Positions 26,589-35,297 are shown, counted from the first letter of the stretch. The stretch: 64,000 nt of DNA from Flavobacteriaceae bacterium (GCA_035705295.1 DASSWG010000006.1:3327-67326); one strand, 5' to 3'. Program-made: numbers and translations. Notes: generated from the letters alone by a model not told the origin.

Positions 26589-27650
26589 TTATAGTTTTAT
26601 TAAAAAATCCAAGGTGTCCACGCCATCGGCATAATCCCACAATTGGGGTTGTTGGGTTTTGCCAAATTCAACGTTGTTTTCTACTGTTCCGTTGGAAACA
26701 ACGCATTGCAGTTCGGCTTTGTTTTTTTTCAGCTGATCGTTCAAGTGTTTCAAGTCGGAATAGGTTTCGTAAAAAACGGTGGCAATGGGCGAGCCAAAAC
26801 CGCTATCTTCTTTCAACAACAAAAACCCGTTGTCCAAGATTTTGAAATCGCTCATCAAATACACCGCTTTATTGTAATCGTAATTATTGGCATATTTTGC
26901 GTGGTTCACAATTGAATGCCAATTATAAATAGCTTTAAAAAACAGGTCGAAAGCATACTTTTCCGGAACGTAGAGTTTGGAAACATTCCGGCAGCCCAAG
27001 CCGAAATAGCGAAAAATATCCTCGCCCAAAGCGGTCAGTTCCTCGGTTGTTTCTTTTCCCGAAAGCACGGCGACTGAATTGCGGTTTTTTCGAATGATGG
27101 AAGGTTTTGCTGAAAAATAATGCTCGAAATAACGGGCGGTGTTGTTGCTTCCCGTAGCGATGACCGCGTCGAAATTTTCCAACTTTCCGTCGGTAAATTT
27201 AATGCGGTCGGCAAATTTTGGATTTTCATTGATCAGAAATTCCGCCAACAAGGGCAGCAACAATCGATCGTTCGAAGATTGTTTCACCAACACCTTATGG
27301 CCCGAAAGCAATACGGACAAAAAATCGTGAAAACCGACCAAGGGAATGTTCCCTGCCATTACGATCCCCACGGTTTTTGGGGTGGGTGAATTTGGAAAAT
27401 CATAATTTGAAAGCCACTGCTCCAGGTTGTCTTTGGAAAGTGCGTTGCTCCAATTTTCAAAAGTGAACAACACATTTTCTTTGGTGAACCAGCCGTTGTG
27501 GTGAACCGCTTGTTCGGTTTTTTCCAAGAGGGAAAAATAGATTTTTTGCTGAGATTTGCTCCAAAGGGAAAGTTCGGGGTTTTCCGAAGAAAACAGGGAT
27601 AAAAAGCGGCCCAACTCAACAAAAGCGCGTTTGCGGATTTCAAGTTCCAT
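26589..27650 (-). CDS. acyl-CoA reductase (LuxC-like) family protein
   Basis: 353 aa. The pattern ..[25 protein letters not shown].. and ..[17 protein letters not shown].. matches the Flavobacteriia LuxC-like protein usually found next to a ferredoxin. Confidence 0.7.
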   Translation of the reverse strand: MELEIRKRAFVELGRFLSLFSSENPELSLWSKSQQKIYFSLLEKTEQAVHHNGWFTKENVLFTFENWSNALSKDNLEQWLSNYDFPNSPTPKTVGIVMAGNIPLVGFHDFLSVLLSGHKVLVKQSSNDRLLLPLLAEFLINENPKFADRIKFTDGKLENFDAVIATGSNNTARYFEHYFSAKPSIIRKNRNSVAVLSGKETTEELTALGEDIFRYFGLGCRNVSKLYVPEKYAFDLFFKAIYNWHSIVNHAKYANNYDYNKAVYLMSDFKILDNGFLLLKEDSGFGSPIATVFYETYSDLKHLNDQLKKNKAELQCVVSNGTVENNVEFGKTQQPQLWDYADGVDTLDFLIKL

Positions 27651-27678
27651 ATTATTTGGTAGTGTATGCTTTTGGCGT

Positions 27679-27686
27679 TATTTTTG
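27679..27686 (+). promoter_or_regulatory. putative -7 promoter box (TAttTTTG) of the ferredoxin gene
   Basis: TAnnTTTG match 32 nt upstream of the ATG at 27719. Confidence 0.45.
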
Positions 27687-27718
27687 CACAAAGTTACGCA
27701 AAACAAAAATCAACACAA

Positions 27719-28069
27719 ATGGCCATAATTATCACAGATGAATGCATCAATTGCGGCGCTTGCGAGCCGGAATGCCCGAACACGGCCATTTATGAAGGAG
27801 CGGACGATTGGCGCTATGCCGACGGCACCGACTTGAACGGAAACGTGGTATTGCCCAATGGAAAAGAAGTGGACGCCAACGAAGCGCAAGAACCGGTCAG
27901 TGACGAATATTACTACATCGTGCCCGATAAATGCACGGAATGCAAAGGATTTCATGATGAACCGCAATGTGCCGCGGTTTGTCCGGTGGATTGCTGTGTA
28001 CCGGACGATGATAATGTGGAAAGCATCGATGAATTGTTGAAGAAACAGGCGTTTATGCACGAGGAATGA
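27719..28069 (+). CDS. 4Fe-4S dicluster ferredoxin
   Basis: [21 protein letters not shown] plus a second cluster motif [22 protein letters not shown]. The ORF-track start at 27656 is an extension. Confidence 0.9.
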   Translation: MAIIITDECINCGACEPECPNTAIYEGADDWRYADGTDLNGNVVLPNGKEVDANEAQEPVSDEYYYIVPDKCTECKGFHDEPQCAAVCPVDCCVPDDDNVESIDELLKKQAFMHEE

Positions 28070-28097
28070 TGAGTTAAAAATCAAAGGGATTTCAATA

Positions 28098-28127
28098 AAA
28101 AAGCCGCTTTTTTGAGCGGCTTTTTTC
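28098..28127 (+). terminator. rho-independent terminator (usable in both directions)
   Basis: aagccgct / agcggctt stem flanked by an A-run and a T-run, between the ferredoxin gene (+) and the convergent 28161..28667 gene (-). Confidence 0.75.
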
Positions 28128-28160
28128 AATTGGGGCAAAAATAAGGGGGTCAAATTGTTT

Positions 28161-28667
28161 TTATTGTTTTAAGTCATCTTCGCTGATGGAGAAACTATCC
28201 ACCACGATCACATCGTTTATGGGGTCGTAGCTTTCCACCACAAAATCGCCTTCGGCATTGAAATATCCAAAAGCGTTCCCGGATTCGGTCACCAATAAAT
28301 AGGCATTTGGGCGTGACATTTTTCGTATTTTCCCGTAATCGCTCTTTTTTCCTTCTTTTACAATGGTGATAACGAAACCTTTTGGATCGGGTTCAATGAT
28401 GTAATCTTCCCCATCGGAAACGAAGGTGGTCGATGTTTCCACCACCACGGGTTTTCGGTTCACGGTTTGGTTGGTGGTGCCGTCTTGTTCCAACGCCAAC
28501 TTTTGTTTGGCGATCCGTTCTTGTTTTTTCACGGAAACTTCTTCGCCAAGGCTTGATTTCACCGTGGTTTTGACAACCGTGGTTTCTTTTACGGTATCCG
28601 TGTTTTCAACTTGGGCAAAACCCATGGTCGAAAATACAAGGGCCGCACCTAAAAATAAAACTTTCAT
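28161..28667 (-). CDS. hypothetical secreted protein
   Basis: Starts MKVLFLGAALVFSTMGFAQ (signal peptide) at 28667. I recognise no family. Confidence 0.6.
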   Translation of the reverse strand: MKVLFLGAALVFSTMGFAQVENTDTVKETTVVKTTVKSSLGEEVSVKKQERIAKQKLALEQDGTTNQTVNRKPVVVETSTTFVSDGEDYIIEPDPKGFVITIVKEGKKSDYGKIRKMSRPNAYLLVTESGNAFGYFNAEGDFVVESYDPINDVIVVDSFSISEDDLKQ

Positions 28668-28889
28668 GATATTATCGTTTTTATTGTCAATACCCACAAA
28701 TTTAAGGCCAATGAATGTTAAAATGAACCAATAAAAACCCAAAATTTGTTTAATGTTTTGGTGCTAGCACGATTGTGTGGTTCGGAAAACGGGTTCCGCC
28801 AAGAAGGTCTCCGGTCTTTCGTCTTCGGGCTTCCGTCTCTACTCTGAAAATTGTTCCTTCCCAAAAAACGTTAAAACCAAACCAATCCT

Positions 28890-28897
28890 TATCTTTG
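28890..28897 (+). promoter_or_regulatory. putative -7 promoter box (TAtcTTTG) of ychF
   Basis: TAnnTTTG match 29 nt upstream of the ATG at 28927. Confidence 0.45.
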
Positions 28898-28926
28898 CGA
28901 CCGTTTAAAAAATAAGCTATATTTTT

Positions 28927-30021
28927 ATGAGAGCCGGAATTGTAGGATTGCCAAATGTAGGGAAATCGACTTTGTTCAATTGTCTTTCCAATGCGAAAGC
29001 GCAAAGTGCCAATTTTCCATTTTGTACCATTGAGCCCAATTTGGGCGTGGTGAACGTGCCCGATTCGCGCTTGTTGAAATTGGAAGAACTGGTGAACCCG
29101 GAGCGCGTAATGCCCGCCACGGTCGATATTGTCGATATTGCAGGATTGGTAAAAGGCGCCAGCAAAGGCGAGGGGTTGGGTAACCAATTTTTGGGGAACA
29201 TTCGTGAAACCGACGCCATTTTGCATGTGTTGCGCTGTTTCGACAACGACAACATCATCCATGTGGATGGGAACATCGACCCGATCCGCGACAAAGAAAC
29301 CATCGATATGGAATTGCAGTTGAAAGATTTGGAAACGGTGGAAAAAAAATTGGACAAGGTGAAACGCGCGGCAAAAACCGGAAACAAAGAAGCCCAGAAA
29401 GAAGAAGCGGTTTTGCTGAAATTAAAAGAAGGTTTGGAAGCCGGAATTTCGGTCCGTGCAATTTCGATTTCGGAAGACGATCGGGAAGAATTTGTAAAAC
29501 CTTTGCAGTTTATCACCGACAAACCCGTGTTGTATATTTGCAATGTGGATGAAGCTTCTGCGGTTTCCGGAAACAAATACGTGGACTTGGTAAAAGAAAA
29601 CATCAAAAACGAACAAGCCGAAGTATTGGTTTTGGCCGTGGGCACCGAAGCCGATATCGCAGAACTGGACGATTACGAAGAACGCCAACTTTTTTTGGAA
29701 GACATCGGTTTGAAAGAATCGGGAGCCGCAAAACTGATCCGCGCTGCTTATAAATTACTGAACCAACAAACCTATTTCACGGCCGGCGTAAAAGAAGTCC
29801 GCGCGTGGACAATTAACGTCGGATCCACCGCACCCCAAGCTGCGGGCGTGATCCATACGGATTTTGAAAAAGGGTTTATCCGCGCCGAAGTTATCAAATA
29901 CGACGATTATGTGCATTTTGGAAGCGAAGCAAAAGTGAAAGAAGCCGGGAAATTGAGTGTGGAAGGAAAAGAATACATTGTGCAAGACGGCGATGTGATG
30001 CATTTTCGGTTTAATGTTTAG
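28927..30021 (+). CDS. ychF: redox-regulated ATPase YchF
   Basis: 364 aa. MRAGIVGLPNVGKSTLFN..., ..DIAGLVKGASKGEGLGNQFL.., and a C-terminal TGS-like ..GKEYIVQDGDVMHFRFNV. Confidence 0.95.
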   Translation: MRAGIVGLPNVGKSTLFNCLSNAKAQSANFPFCTIEPNLGVVNVPDSRLLKLEELVNPERVMPATVDIVDIAGLVKGASKGEGLGNQFLGNIRETDAILHVLRCFDNDNIIHVDGNIDPIRDKETIDMELQLKDLETVEKKLDKVKRAAKTGNKEAQKEEAVLLKLKEGLEAGISVRAISISEDDREEFVKPLQFITDKPVLYICNVDEASAVSGNKYVDLVKENIKNEQAEVLVLAVGTEADIAELDDYEERQLFLEDIGLKESGAAKLIRAAYKLLNQQTYFTAGVKEVRAWTINVGSTAPQAAGVIHTDFEKGFIRAEVIKYDDYVHFGSEAKVKEAGKLSVEGKEYIVQDGDVMHFRFNV

Positions 30022-30200
30022 GCTAAAATTCAAATTCCACCCCGAGGCTTCGGGGCCAAATCCCAAACCCGCCTGCCGGACCGGCGGTTCCAAATCCAAT
30101 GTCATATCGAGCGCAGTCGAGATGCAAATTCAAAAAGCTATCACCCTGAGCTTGTCGAAGTCTTGTCGAAGGGCCGAAACCCGATATCTCCTCGTTGGTC
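30021..30200. repeat. cluster of dispersed Bacteroidota-type intergenic repeat motifs
   Basis: Contains aaattcaaattcc, hairpin ccccgaggcttcgggg, hairpin ccgcctgccggaccggcgg, gtcatatcgagcgcagtcgagatg, and caccctgagcttgtcgaag with cttgtcgaag duplicated in tandem. Related motifs are at 9445-9503, 36229-36295 and 41351-41420. Confidence 0.6.
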
Positions 30201-30232
30201 TGTTCCCCGTCTTTCATAACTTTTGTAAAAAT

Positions 30233-30273
30233 GGCAAAAATAAAAAACCAAGCTGCTAAAAAACAACTTGGTT
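30233..30273 (-). terminator. rho-independent terminator of the fibre gene
   Basis: aaccaag / cttggtt 7-bp stem. The plus-strand A-run (30233-30247) gives a U-run on the minus strand, ~90 nt past the stop at 30360. Confidence 0.6.
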
Positions 30274-30359
30274 TGGGTTGATCGAAGTCGCAGCCCCCGA
30301 CAATATTTTCAGGTTTCCCCTTTCTGCTATCCGATCAACTTACTTGAGAAAATGGTTTC

Positions 30360-33300
30360 TTATTTATTGTTTTTTTCCAATTGCTCCAATCTTTGCTGCA
30401 TTTTCACAACAAGGGCCTGTAGGTTTTCAATGGAAGTTTTTTGCGTTTCGATCATTTTTTGTTGCTCTTGGATGGCCCTAACGGCAATCACCCCAAAAGC
30501 AGAATAGTCCATCGTATAATTTCCTTCCAGGTCACCTTCTTTGTTCGGATTGTTGACCAACGAGGGAAATATTTCCTCAACTTCTTGCGCAAGAAAACCC
30601 ATATATCGTTTATCATTTTTTTGATGTAAAAATTTATAGGTAAAGGCATTGAGTTGCATAAGTTTGGGAAGGATAATTCCCATCGGCTGAAAAGCTGTTT
30701 TCAAGCGGGCATCGGAGGCGGCGGTATACGTTCCGCTCGTGCCGTCAAATGTGCCTATATTCGTGCCGGATTCATCGTATAAATACAAGTTGCCCGAAGT
30801 TGCATCTACCTGGAAATTCCAATATTTATCCGTGGCCCCGTTGCTATTTTCCAAAGTAAAACCATTGGTTCCGGCCGTACTGGCTGCGGCGTCATAAACT
30901 ATATGCAGTTCCGTTGAGGGAGCGCTGGTGCCAATCCCCACCTTTGTCGAAGTTGTAGCATCGTTTATGCCGTTGATACTTCCCAATATCAATGAATTGC
31001 TTTGGGACACTTCGGAATTGGCTCCGATGGCAGTGGCATTTTCCAATGCATCTGCACCTACATCCGCATTGTAACCCAGCGCGGTATTATGATTCCCCAT
31101 AATGTTGGAAGTCAATGCCAGTGTGCCGTGGGCGGTATTATTGCTCCCGAGAGTATTGGAATTCAAAGCTTCACTTCCATAGGCGACATTGCTACCACCA
31201 GTGGTATTGTGCCACAAAGCGGTATATCCGCTTGCGGTATTGCCATCTCCCGTATTGTCTGTTAAAGCCAAGAATCCATTTGCGGTGTTTCCATATGTAT
31301 CGATGTTTGAAAACAAAGCTTTGTATCCGGTGGCAGTATTGTTCCCTCCCGTAGTGTTGGAGTACAAGGCTTGGCTTCCATTGGCGGTATTTTGAAATCC
31401 TGTGGTGTTGGACGTCAAAGCTGCATCCCCGACGGCAGTATTCTCATATCCAATGGTGTTGGAATACAGCGCTCCGTTTCCAGTAGCGGTATTGTTGCTC
31501 CCCGTAGTGTTCGAGAATAAAGCGCTGCTTCCGACGGCAGTATTGAAAGTTCCCAATGTGTTTAAATACAACGCTCCGAATCCCGAAGCGGTATTGTTGC
31601 TCCCCGTGGTGTTGGACAACAAAGCACTACTTCCGACCGCAGTATTAAAAGCCCCTAATGTATTGGAATTCATTGAATTATTTCCGATAGCGACATTATA
31701 ATTCCCTGTGGTGTTTGAATTCAAAGCTCCATATCCGTTGGCGGTATTACCTTCTCCCGTGGTATTGAAATATAAGGCTAAATTTCCACTAGCAACGTTA
31801 AACGAGCCTGTGGAGTTGGAATACAAAGCTTTATGTCCGCTGGCGGTGTTTGAGCCCCCCGTGGTATTGGAATACAAAGTTTGGTATCCACTGGCGGTGT
31901 TAGAGCTTCCGGTGGTGTTGGAATACAAAGCTTTGGTTCCACTGGCGGTGTTAAATTTTCCGGTGGTATTGGAATACATGGCTTCATACCCATTGGCTGT
32001 ATTTTCAAATCCCGAGGTGTTGGAATACAATGCTGAATATCCGCTAGCGGTATTTCCATTTCCATCGATATTGGAATATAAAGCTTGGCTTCCGCTGGCA
32101 GTATTGTTGATTCCTATGGTATTGGAAAACATAGCTTGGGTTCCGGTAGCGGTATTTGCAATTCCCACGGTATTGGAAGCCAAAGCTTCACTTCCATAGG
32201 CAATGTTATCGGACCCTGAGATATTGTGCCACAAAGCTGCATATCCACTCGCGGTGTTTCCGCCTCCATCAACATTGTCTCGCAACGCAAGGAAACCGGT
32301 GGCGGTATTGGCCCCACCTGTGGTATTGGCCAATAAAGCCCTATATCCGTTGGCGGTGTTGTTTACCCCACTGGTATTGGAATTCAAAGCCTCATATCCA
32401 CTGGCAGTATTGTTGATTCCCGAGATATTGGAACTTAATGCGAAAGCACCAATAGCTGTATTTTCGGAGCCCGTAGTGTTGGCATTCAATGTTCGATATC
32501 CGAAAGAAGTATTTGTGCTGGTGGAAGAAATCATTCCGGCCTTTTCATTGTTTACCTTAAACCGCAAAGCTTCAGCATTGGTGGTCCCAATAAAATCGGT
32601 GGCGGTGGCGGAGTTTCCTCCGAGTTCCCAACCCGCATTGTCCGAGCTTGGTAACCAATTAGTGCCATCATATTCCAAAACCTGCCCGCTGATGGCGCCC
32701 ATATCGTCAATTTTTACAGCAGTGACCGCCGCGTTGGCCAAATCGGCAGTAACTATTGTTCCATCGTCAATTTCTGTGGAAGTCACGGCATCTGCAGCAA
32801 TATCATTGGACAAAATGGTTTCGTCCAAAATCTCCGTAGAGGTTATCGCACTGGCGGCGATATCACCGGTAGCGATGGTGCCGTCCACGATTTCTGAAGA
32901 TTCCACATCGGTACCGAGGTCGGCGGTGATTTCATTGGTGGCGGAAATACCGATACCCGTTCCCCCAGAATAGATATCGTTGGTGTCCACGTCGTTTGCC
33001 GGTGCCCAAGTGGTGCCGTTCCATTTCAAGGCCTGTCCGTTCGTCGCGGCCATTTGGTTGATTTTTCCGCCTTGGATATCCGCATCTTGAATATCGTTGT
33101 TGGCGATGGTTCCATCCAAAATATCTGTGGACAAAATGGTTTCGTCCAAAATCTCCGTAGAGGTTATCGCACTGGCGGCGATATCACCGGTAGCGATGGT
33201 GCCGTCCACGATTTCCGAAGATTCCACATCGGTACCGAGGTCGGCGGTGATTTCATTGGTGGCGGAGATGCCAATACCCGCTCCCCCGGAATAAATGTCG

Positions 33301-34496
33301 TTGGTGTCCACATCGTTCGCCGGGGCCCAAGTGGTGCCGTCCCATTTCAAGGCTTGTCCGTTCGTCGCGGCCATTTGGTTGATTTTCCCGCCTTGGATGC
33401 TGGCATCTTGAATATCGTTGTTGGCAATGGTTCCATCCAAAATGTCTGTGGACAAAATGGTTTCGTCCAAAATTTCCGTAGTGGTTACCGCACTGGCGGC
33501 GATATCTGCGGAGGCAATGGTGCCGTCCACGATTTCCGTGGTTGTCACCGCGTTGACTGCAATGTCGGCAGTGGCGATGGTTCCATCCACGATTTCCGAA
33601 GATTCGACGTCGGTGCCAAGGTCGGCTGTGATTTCATTGGTGGCGGAGATACCGATACCTGTTCCTTGAATGTAGGTGGGGCCCGGGACTCCTGCCGGAC
33701 CTTGAGCTCCGGTTAAACCGATTGGCCCTTGTGGGCCAGTAGCCCCGATTGCTCCGGCTGGTCCTGGAATTCCTTGAACACCCGTCAACCCGATTGGTCC
33801 TTGTGGACCGGTAGCTCCAATTGGCCCGGTTGGTCCGGTAGTTCCAGTTGGGCCTGGAACTCCTGCCGGACCTTGAGCTCCGGTTAAACCGATTGGCCCT
33901 TGTGGGCCGGTAGCTCCGGTTGGTCCAATAGCTCCAGTTGGGCCCGGAACCCCTGCTGGGCCTTGAGTTCCAGTTAGACCAATTGGCCCTTGTGGCCCAG
34001 GAATCCCTTGAGCGCCCGTCAACCCGATTGGCCCTTGTGGACCGGTAGCCCCAATTGGTCCGGTTGGTCCAGGATCACCTTGTGGTCCCTGTGGACCTGG
34101 GTTTCCATCCGCGGCATACAAGGCGTATGGCACACTCAAAAGTTCGGTGGTGCCCAAATCCGTATAGATAGTGCCGCCGGTAGGATCTATTCCCACATTG
34201 ATGAATTTGTTGCCGGCGCTCCAATCCACTCCGGCCATTGTTCCCATAACAGGCACTCCCTGACCAATTTGAAGGGTATAAAGGCCAAAATTATTAGTGG
34301 TTACCGTGTGGGTCTCAACATATTCGGTTGTGGAACCGTTGAGAATAGTGATTTGAATTCCCAAAGTTTGATTTGTCAAAGGATTGCCCGCATTATCACG
34401 GGCAATGCCTTGATAATTAAATTTTTCAGGAGCTTGTGCCTGAAGGTTCATGACCATTAACATGGCACTTACAAATAATAGAAGTTTTATTTTCAT
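30360..34496 (-). CDS. 1378-aa secreted collagen-like / beta-solenoid fibre protein with C-terminal Peptidase_S74-type intramolecular chaperone (tail-fibre-domain protein)
   Basis: Signal peptide [22 protein letters not shown]; ~110-aa N-terminal domain; 48 uninterrupted G-X-Y triplets (aa 131-274); three tandem 107-127-aa modules (aa 278-620); ~29 copies of 17-aa NTAxGxxALxSNTxGxx (aa 662-1152); then [15 protein letters not shown]...; then ASDARLK...[12 protein letters not shown]...[16 protein letters not shown] plus a coiled-coil tail. Confidence 0.9.
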   Translation of the reverse strand: MKIKLLLFVSAMLMVMNLQAQAPEKFNYQGIARDNAGNPLTNQTLGIQITILNGSTTEYVETHTVTTNNFGLYTLQIGQGVPVMGTMAGVDWSAGNKFINVGIDPTGGTIYTDLGTTELLSVPYALYAADGNPGPQGPQGDPGPTGPIGATGPQGPIGLTGAQGIPGPQGPIGLTGTQGPAGVPGPTGAIGPTGATGPQGPIGLTGAQGPAGVPGPTGTTGPTGPIGATGPQGPIGLTGVQGIPGPAGAIGATGPQGPIGLTGAQGPAGVPGPTYIQGTGIGISATNEITADLGTDVESSEIVDGTIATADIAVNAVTTTEIVDGTIASADIAASAVTTTEILDETILSTDILDGTIANNDIQDASIQGGKINQMAATNGQALKWDGTTWAPANDVDTNDIYSGGAGIGISATNEITADLGTDVESSEIVDGTIATGDIAASAITSTEILDETILSTDILDGTIANNDIQDADIQGGKINQMAATNGQALKWNGTTWAPANDVDTNDIYSGGTGIGISATNEITADLGTDVESSEIVDGTIATGDIAASAITSTEILDETILSNDIAADAVTSTEIDDGTIVTADLANAAVTAVKIDDMGAISGQVLEYDGTNWLPSSDNAGWELGGNSATATDFIGTTNAEALRFKVNNEKAGMISSTSTNTSFGYRTLNANTTGSENTAIGAFALSSNISGINNTASGYEALNSNTSGVNNTANGYRALLANTTGGANTATGFLALRDNVDGGGNTASGYAALWHNISGSDNIAYGSEALASNTVGIANTATGTQAMFSNTIGINNTASGSQALYSNIDGNGNTASGYSALYSNTSGFENTANGYEAMYSNTTGKFNTASGTKALYSNTTGSSNTASGYQTLYSNTTGGSNTASGHKALYSNSTGSFNVASGNLALYFNTTGEGNTANGYGALNSNTTGNYNVAIGNNSMNSNTLGAFNTAVGSSALLSNTTGSNNTASGFGALYLNTLGTFNTAVGSSALFSNTTGSNNTATGNGALYSNTIGYENTAVGDAALTSNTTGFQNTANGSQALYSNTTGGNNTATGYKALFSNIDTYGNTANGFLALTDNTGDGNTASGYTALWHNTTGGSNVAYGSEALNSNTLGSNNTAHGTLALTSNIMGNHNTALGYNADVGADALENATAIGANSEVSQSNSLILGSINGINDATTSTKVGIGTSAPSTELHIVYDAAASTAGTNGFTLENSNGATDKYWNFQVDATSGNLYLYDESGTNIGTFDGTSGTYTAASDARLKTAFQPMGIILPKLMQLNAFTYKFLHQKNDKRYMGFLAQEVEEIFPSLVNNPNKEGDLEGNYTMDYSAFGVIAVRAIQEQQKMIETQKTSIENLQALVVKMQQRLEQLEKNNK
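30363..30716 (-). other. C-terminal intramolecular chaperone / autoproteolysis domain (Peptidase_S74-like), aa 1261-1378
   Basis: SDARLK has Ser1261 and Lys1266 at the same 5-residue spacing as the Ser/Lys dyad of endosialidase-type tail spikes. It is followed by the conserved ..[14 protein letters not shown]..., ..[18 protein letters not shown].. and a helical tail. Confidence 0.75.
31041..32513 (-). repeat. ~29 tandem 51-nt (17-aa) coding repeats NTAxG-xxALx-SNTxG-xx
   Basis: Counted by hand from aa 662 ([17 protein letters not shown]) to aa 1152 ([16 protein letters not shown]). One unit is 16 aa long and all others are in register. Confidence 0.85.
32637..33665 (-). repeat. three tandem coding modules (127, 107, 109 aa), with an internal 10-aa xxEIxDGTIx sub-periodicity
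   Basis: Units 32812-33132 and 33133-33453 align without indels. By hand I count 20 mismatches in 321 nt, and the first ~85 nt are identical. The third copy is more diverged. Confidence 0.85.
33675..34106 (-). repeat. collagen-like triple-helix tract, 48 uninterrupted Gly-X-Y triplets
   Basis: [36 protein letters not shown] ... GPA GVP GPT. Gly occurs at every third residue from aa 131 to aa 272. The DNA shows internal duplication of ~171-nt blocks. Confidence 0.9.
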
Positions 34497-34556
34497 GACA
34501 GTAAAATTATTTGGTTGTTAAATTATTTTAGAAATGTTGAACAATCTAGATCACTG

Positions 34557-35135
34557 TTAATAAGTGCCCAGTTTCAGTATTTTAAAACTGTGTTCATAAG
34601 TCCGTTTCCCTTGTTGCAAATTTGCTTGTAATATATAAGTACCTTCTTGCAGGAAATACAGGTTCAGTTGTTGCCTTTCCATGCCCGTTTGCAAATTGAT
34701 TTTATGTTTCATAATAAGTCGCCCGCGCAGATCAAAAAGACGGAGGGAAAGTTCGCCCCCTCCAGGAAAAGTCGGATGTAGGTATAAAGTATTCGCCACC
34801 GGGTTGGGGTACAAGGAAAGGCCTTCGTCCAAAAGTGGGTTTTCTTCTACATCCAACAAGTCGCCGTGGGCTTGCAGAACACCTTGTGTCACAATGAAAG
34901 ATGCACTTGTTTCCGTACTTATTAGCAGCATTTCGCCAATGGAATAGGCATAGAGGTTCCCAGCGATGTTTGCGCTGCCACCACTGGCGTTCAGGGTGCT
35001 TTGTGCATTTATCCCGTTCGGGAAGAAAACAAACCCCACTAAGGCAAAACCCAAACGGATTTTCCATATTGACGCCTTGGCCCCTCTTGGTTTTGGGGTT
35101 TTTGGCGTTTCAAAATGAAGTAGTTTGTGTTCCAT
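34557..35135 (-). CDS. small T9SS-sorted protein (type A C-terminal sorting domain), upstream partner of the fibre gene
   Basis: Starts MEHKLL at 35135. Signal-like IWKIRLGFALVGFVFFPNGINAQ; a ~55-aa module STLNASGGSANIAGNLYAYSIGEMLLISTETSASFIVTQGVLQ; C-terminal LSLYPNPVANTLYL...LRLFDLRGRLI...GTYILQA, the por-secretion tail pattern. Only 60 nt separate its stop from the fibre start. Confidence 0.8.
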   Translation of the reverse strand: MEHKLLHFETPKTPKPRGAKASIWKIRLGFALVGFVFFPNGINAQSTLNASGGSANIAGNLYAYSIGEMLLISTETSASFIVTQGVLQAHGDLLDVEENPLLDEGLSLYPNPVANTLYLHPTFPGGGELSLRLFDLRGRLIMKHKINLQTGMERQQLNLYFLQEGTYILQANLQQGKRTYEHSFKILKLGTY

Positions 35136-35170
35136 GATTCTTGGTTTTTGATTAATTGACTTAAGCGATA

Positions 35171-35197
35171 ATTTGCTCAAATTGCGTTAAAGCAAAT
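35171..35197. promoter_or_regulatory. 7-bp inverted repeat ATTTGCT-N13-AGCAAAT overlapping the -7 box of the fibre operon (candidate operator)
   Basis: Arms at 35171-35177 and 35191-35197. The right arm overlaps the minus-strand TAcaTTTG box at 35193-35200. Confidence 0.35.
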
Positions 35198-35200
35198 GTA
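35193..35200 (-). promoter_or_regulatory. putative -7 promoter box (TAcaTTTG on minus strand) of the T9SS-protein/fibre operon
   Basis: The plus-strand sequence caaatgta lies 57 nt upstream of the ATG at 35135. Confidence 0.4.
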
Positions 35201-35257
35201 TATACCAACAAGACACCAAAAAATAACCATCAATGGCCATTTTTCGTCAAAAATGCA

Positions 35258-35265
35258 TATATTTG
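35258..35265 (+). promoter_or_regulatory. putative -7 promoter box (TAtaTTTG) of the PAS-LuxR regulator
   Basis: TAnnTTTG match 32 nt upstream of the ATG at 35298. Confidence 0.45.
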
Positions 35266-35297
35266 TTTATCCTGTATTTTTAACCTGTCCTTCAATT

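Noticed and set aside
28745-28926. GC-rich, ORF-free 180-bp segment upstream of ychF (ggtgctagcacg...ggttcggaaaacgggttccgccaagaagg...), checked as a possible SRP (4.5S) RNA or other structured RNA
   Set aside because: The SRP domain IV signature (GGAA tetraloop context with AGCAGC/GGAAG symmetric loop) and a closing 5'/3' helix are absent on both strands. I could not fold a convincing conserved structure by eye. It remains unexplained, but there is no positive evidence.
30014-30259. 81-aa ORF (MFRLKFKFHPEASGPNPKPACRTGGSKSNV...) downstream of ychF
   Set aside because: It is made entirely of the dispersed intergenic repeat modules (aaattccaa words, CCTGCCGG hairpin, CCTGAGCTTGTCGAAGG). This is a repeat artefact rather than a gene.
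31041-32513. Regular 51-nt periodicity that could superficially resemble a CRISPR or other non-coding array
   Set aside because: The repeats are degenerate at the DNA level and contiguous with no unique spacers. They lie in one long open reading frame with conserved amino-acid positions, and no cas genes are present.
31002-33716. Many long plus-strand ORFs (for example 32203..32973 at 256 aa, 33054..33716 at 220 aa, 31708..32199 at 163 aa) with their own periodic sequences such as VLEYKAxYPLAV
   Set aside because: They are antisense read-throughs of the repetitive fibre gene. The biased, repeated codons of NTASG/SNTTG and GxY simply lack stop codons on the opposite strand. They have no independent start context, and the minus-strand protein has coherent domain architecture.
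30360-34496. Interpreting the tail-fibre-like gene as part of a prophage
   Set aside because: No terminase, portal, capsid, baseplate, lysis or integrase genes occur anywhere in the 64 kb. The gene is flanked by ychF and parE, and the protein carries a Sec signal peptide, which phage virion proteins normally lack.
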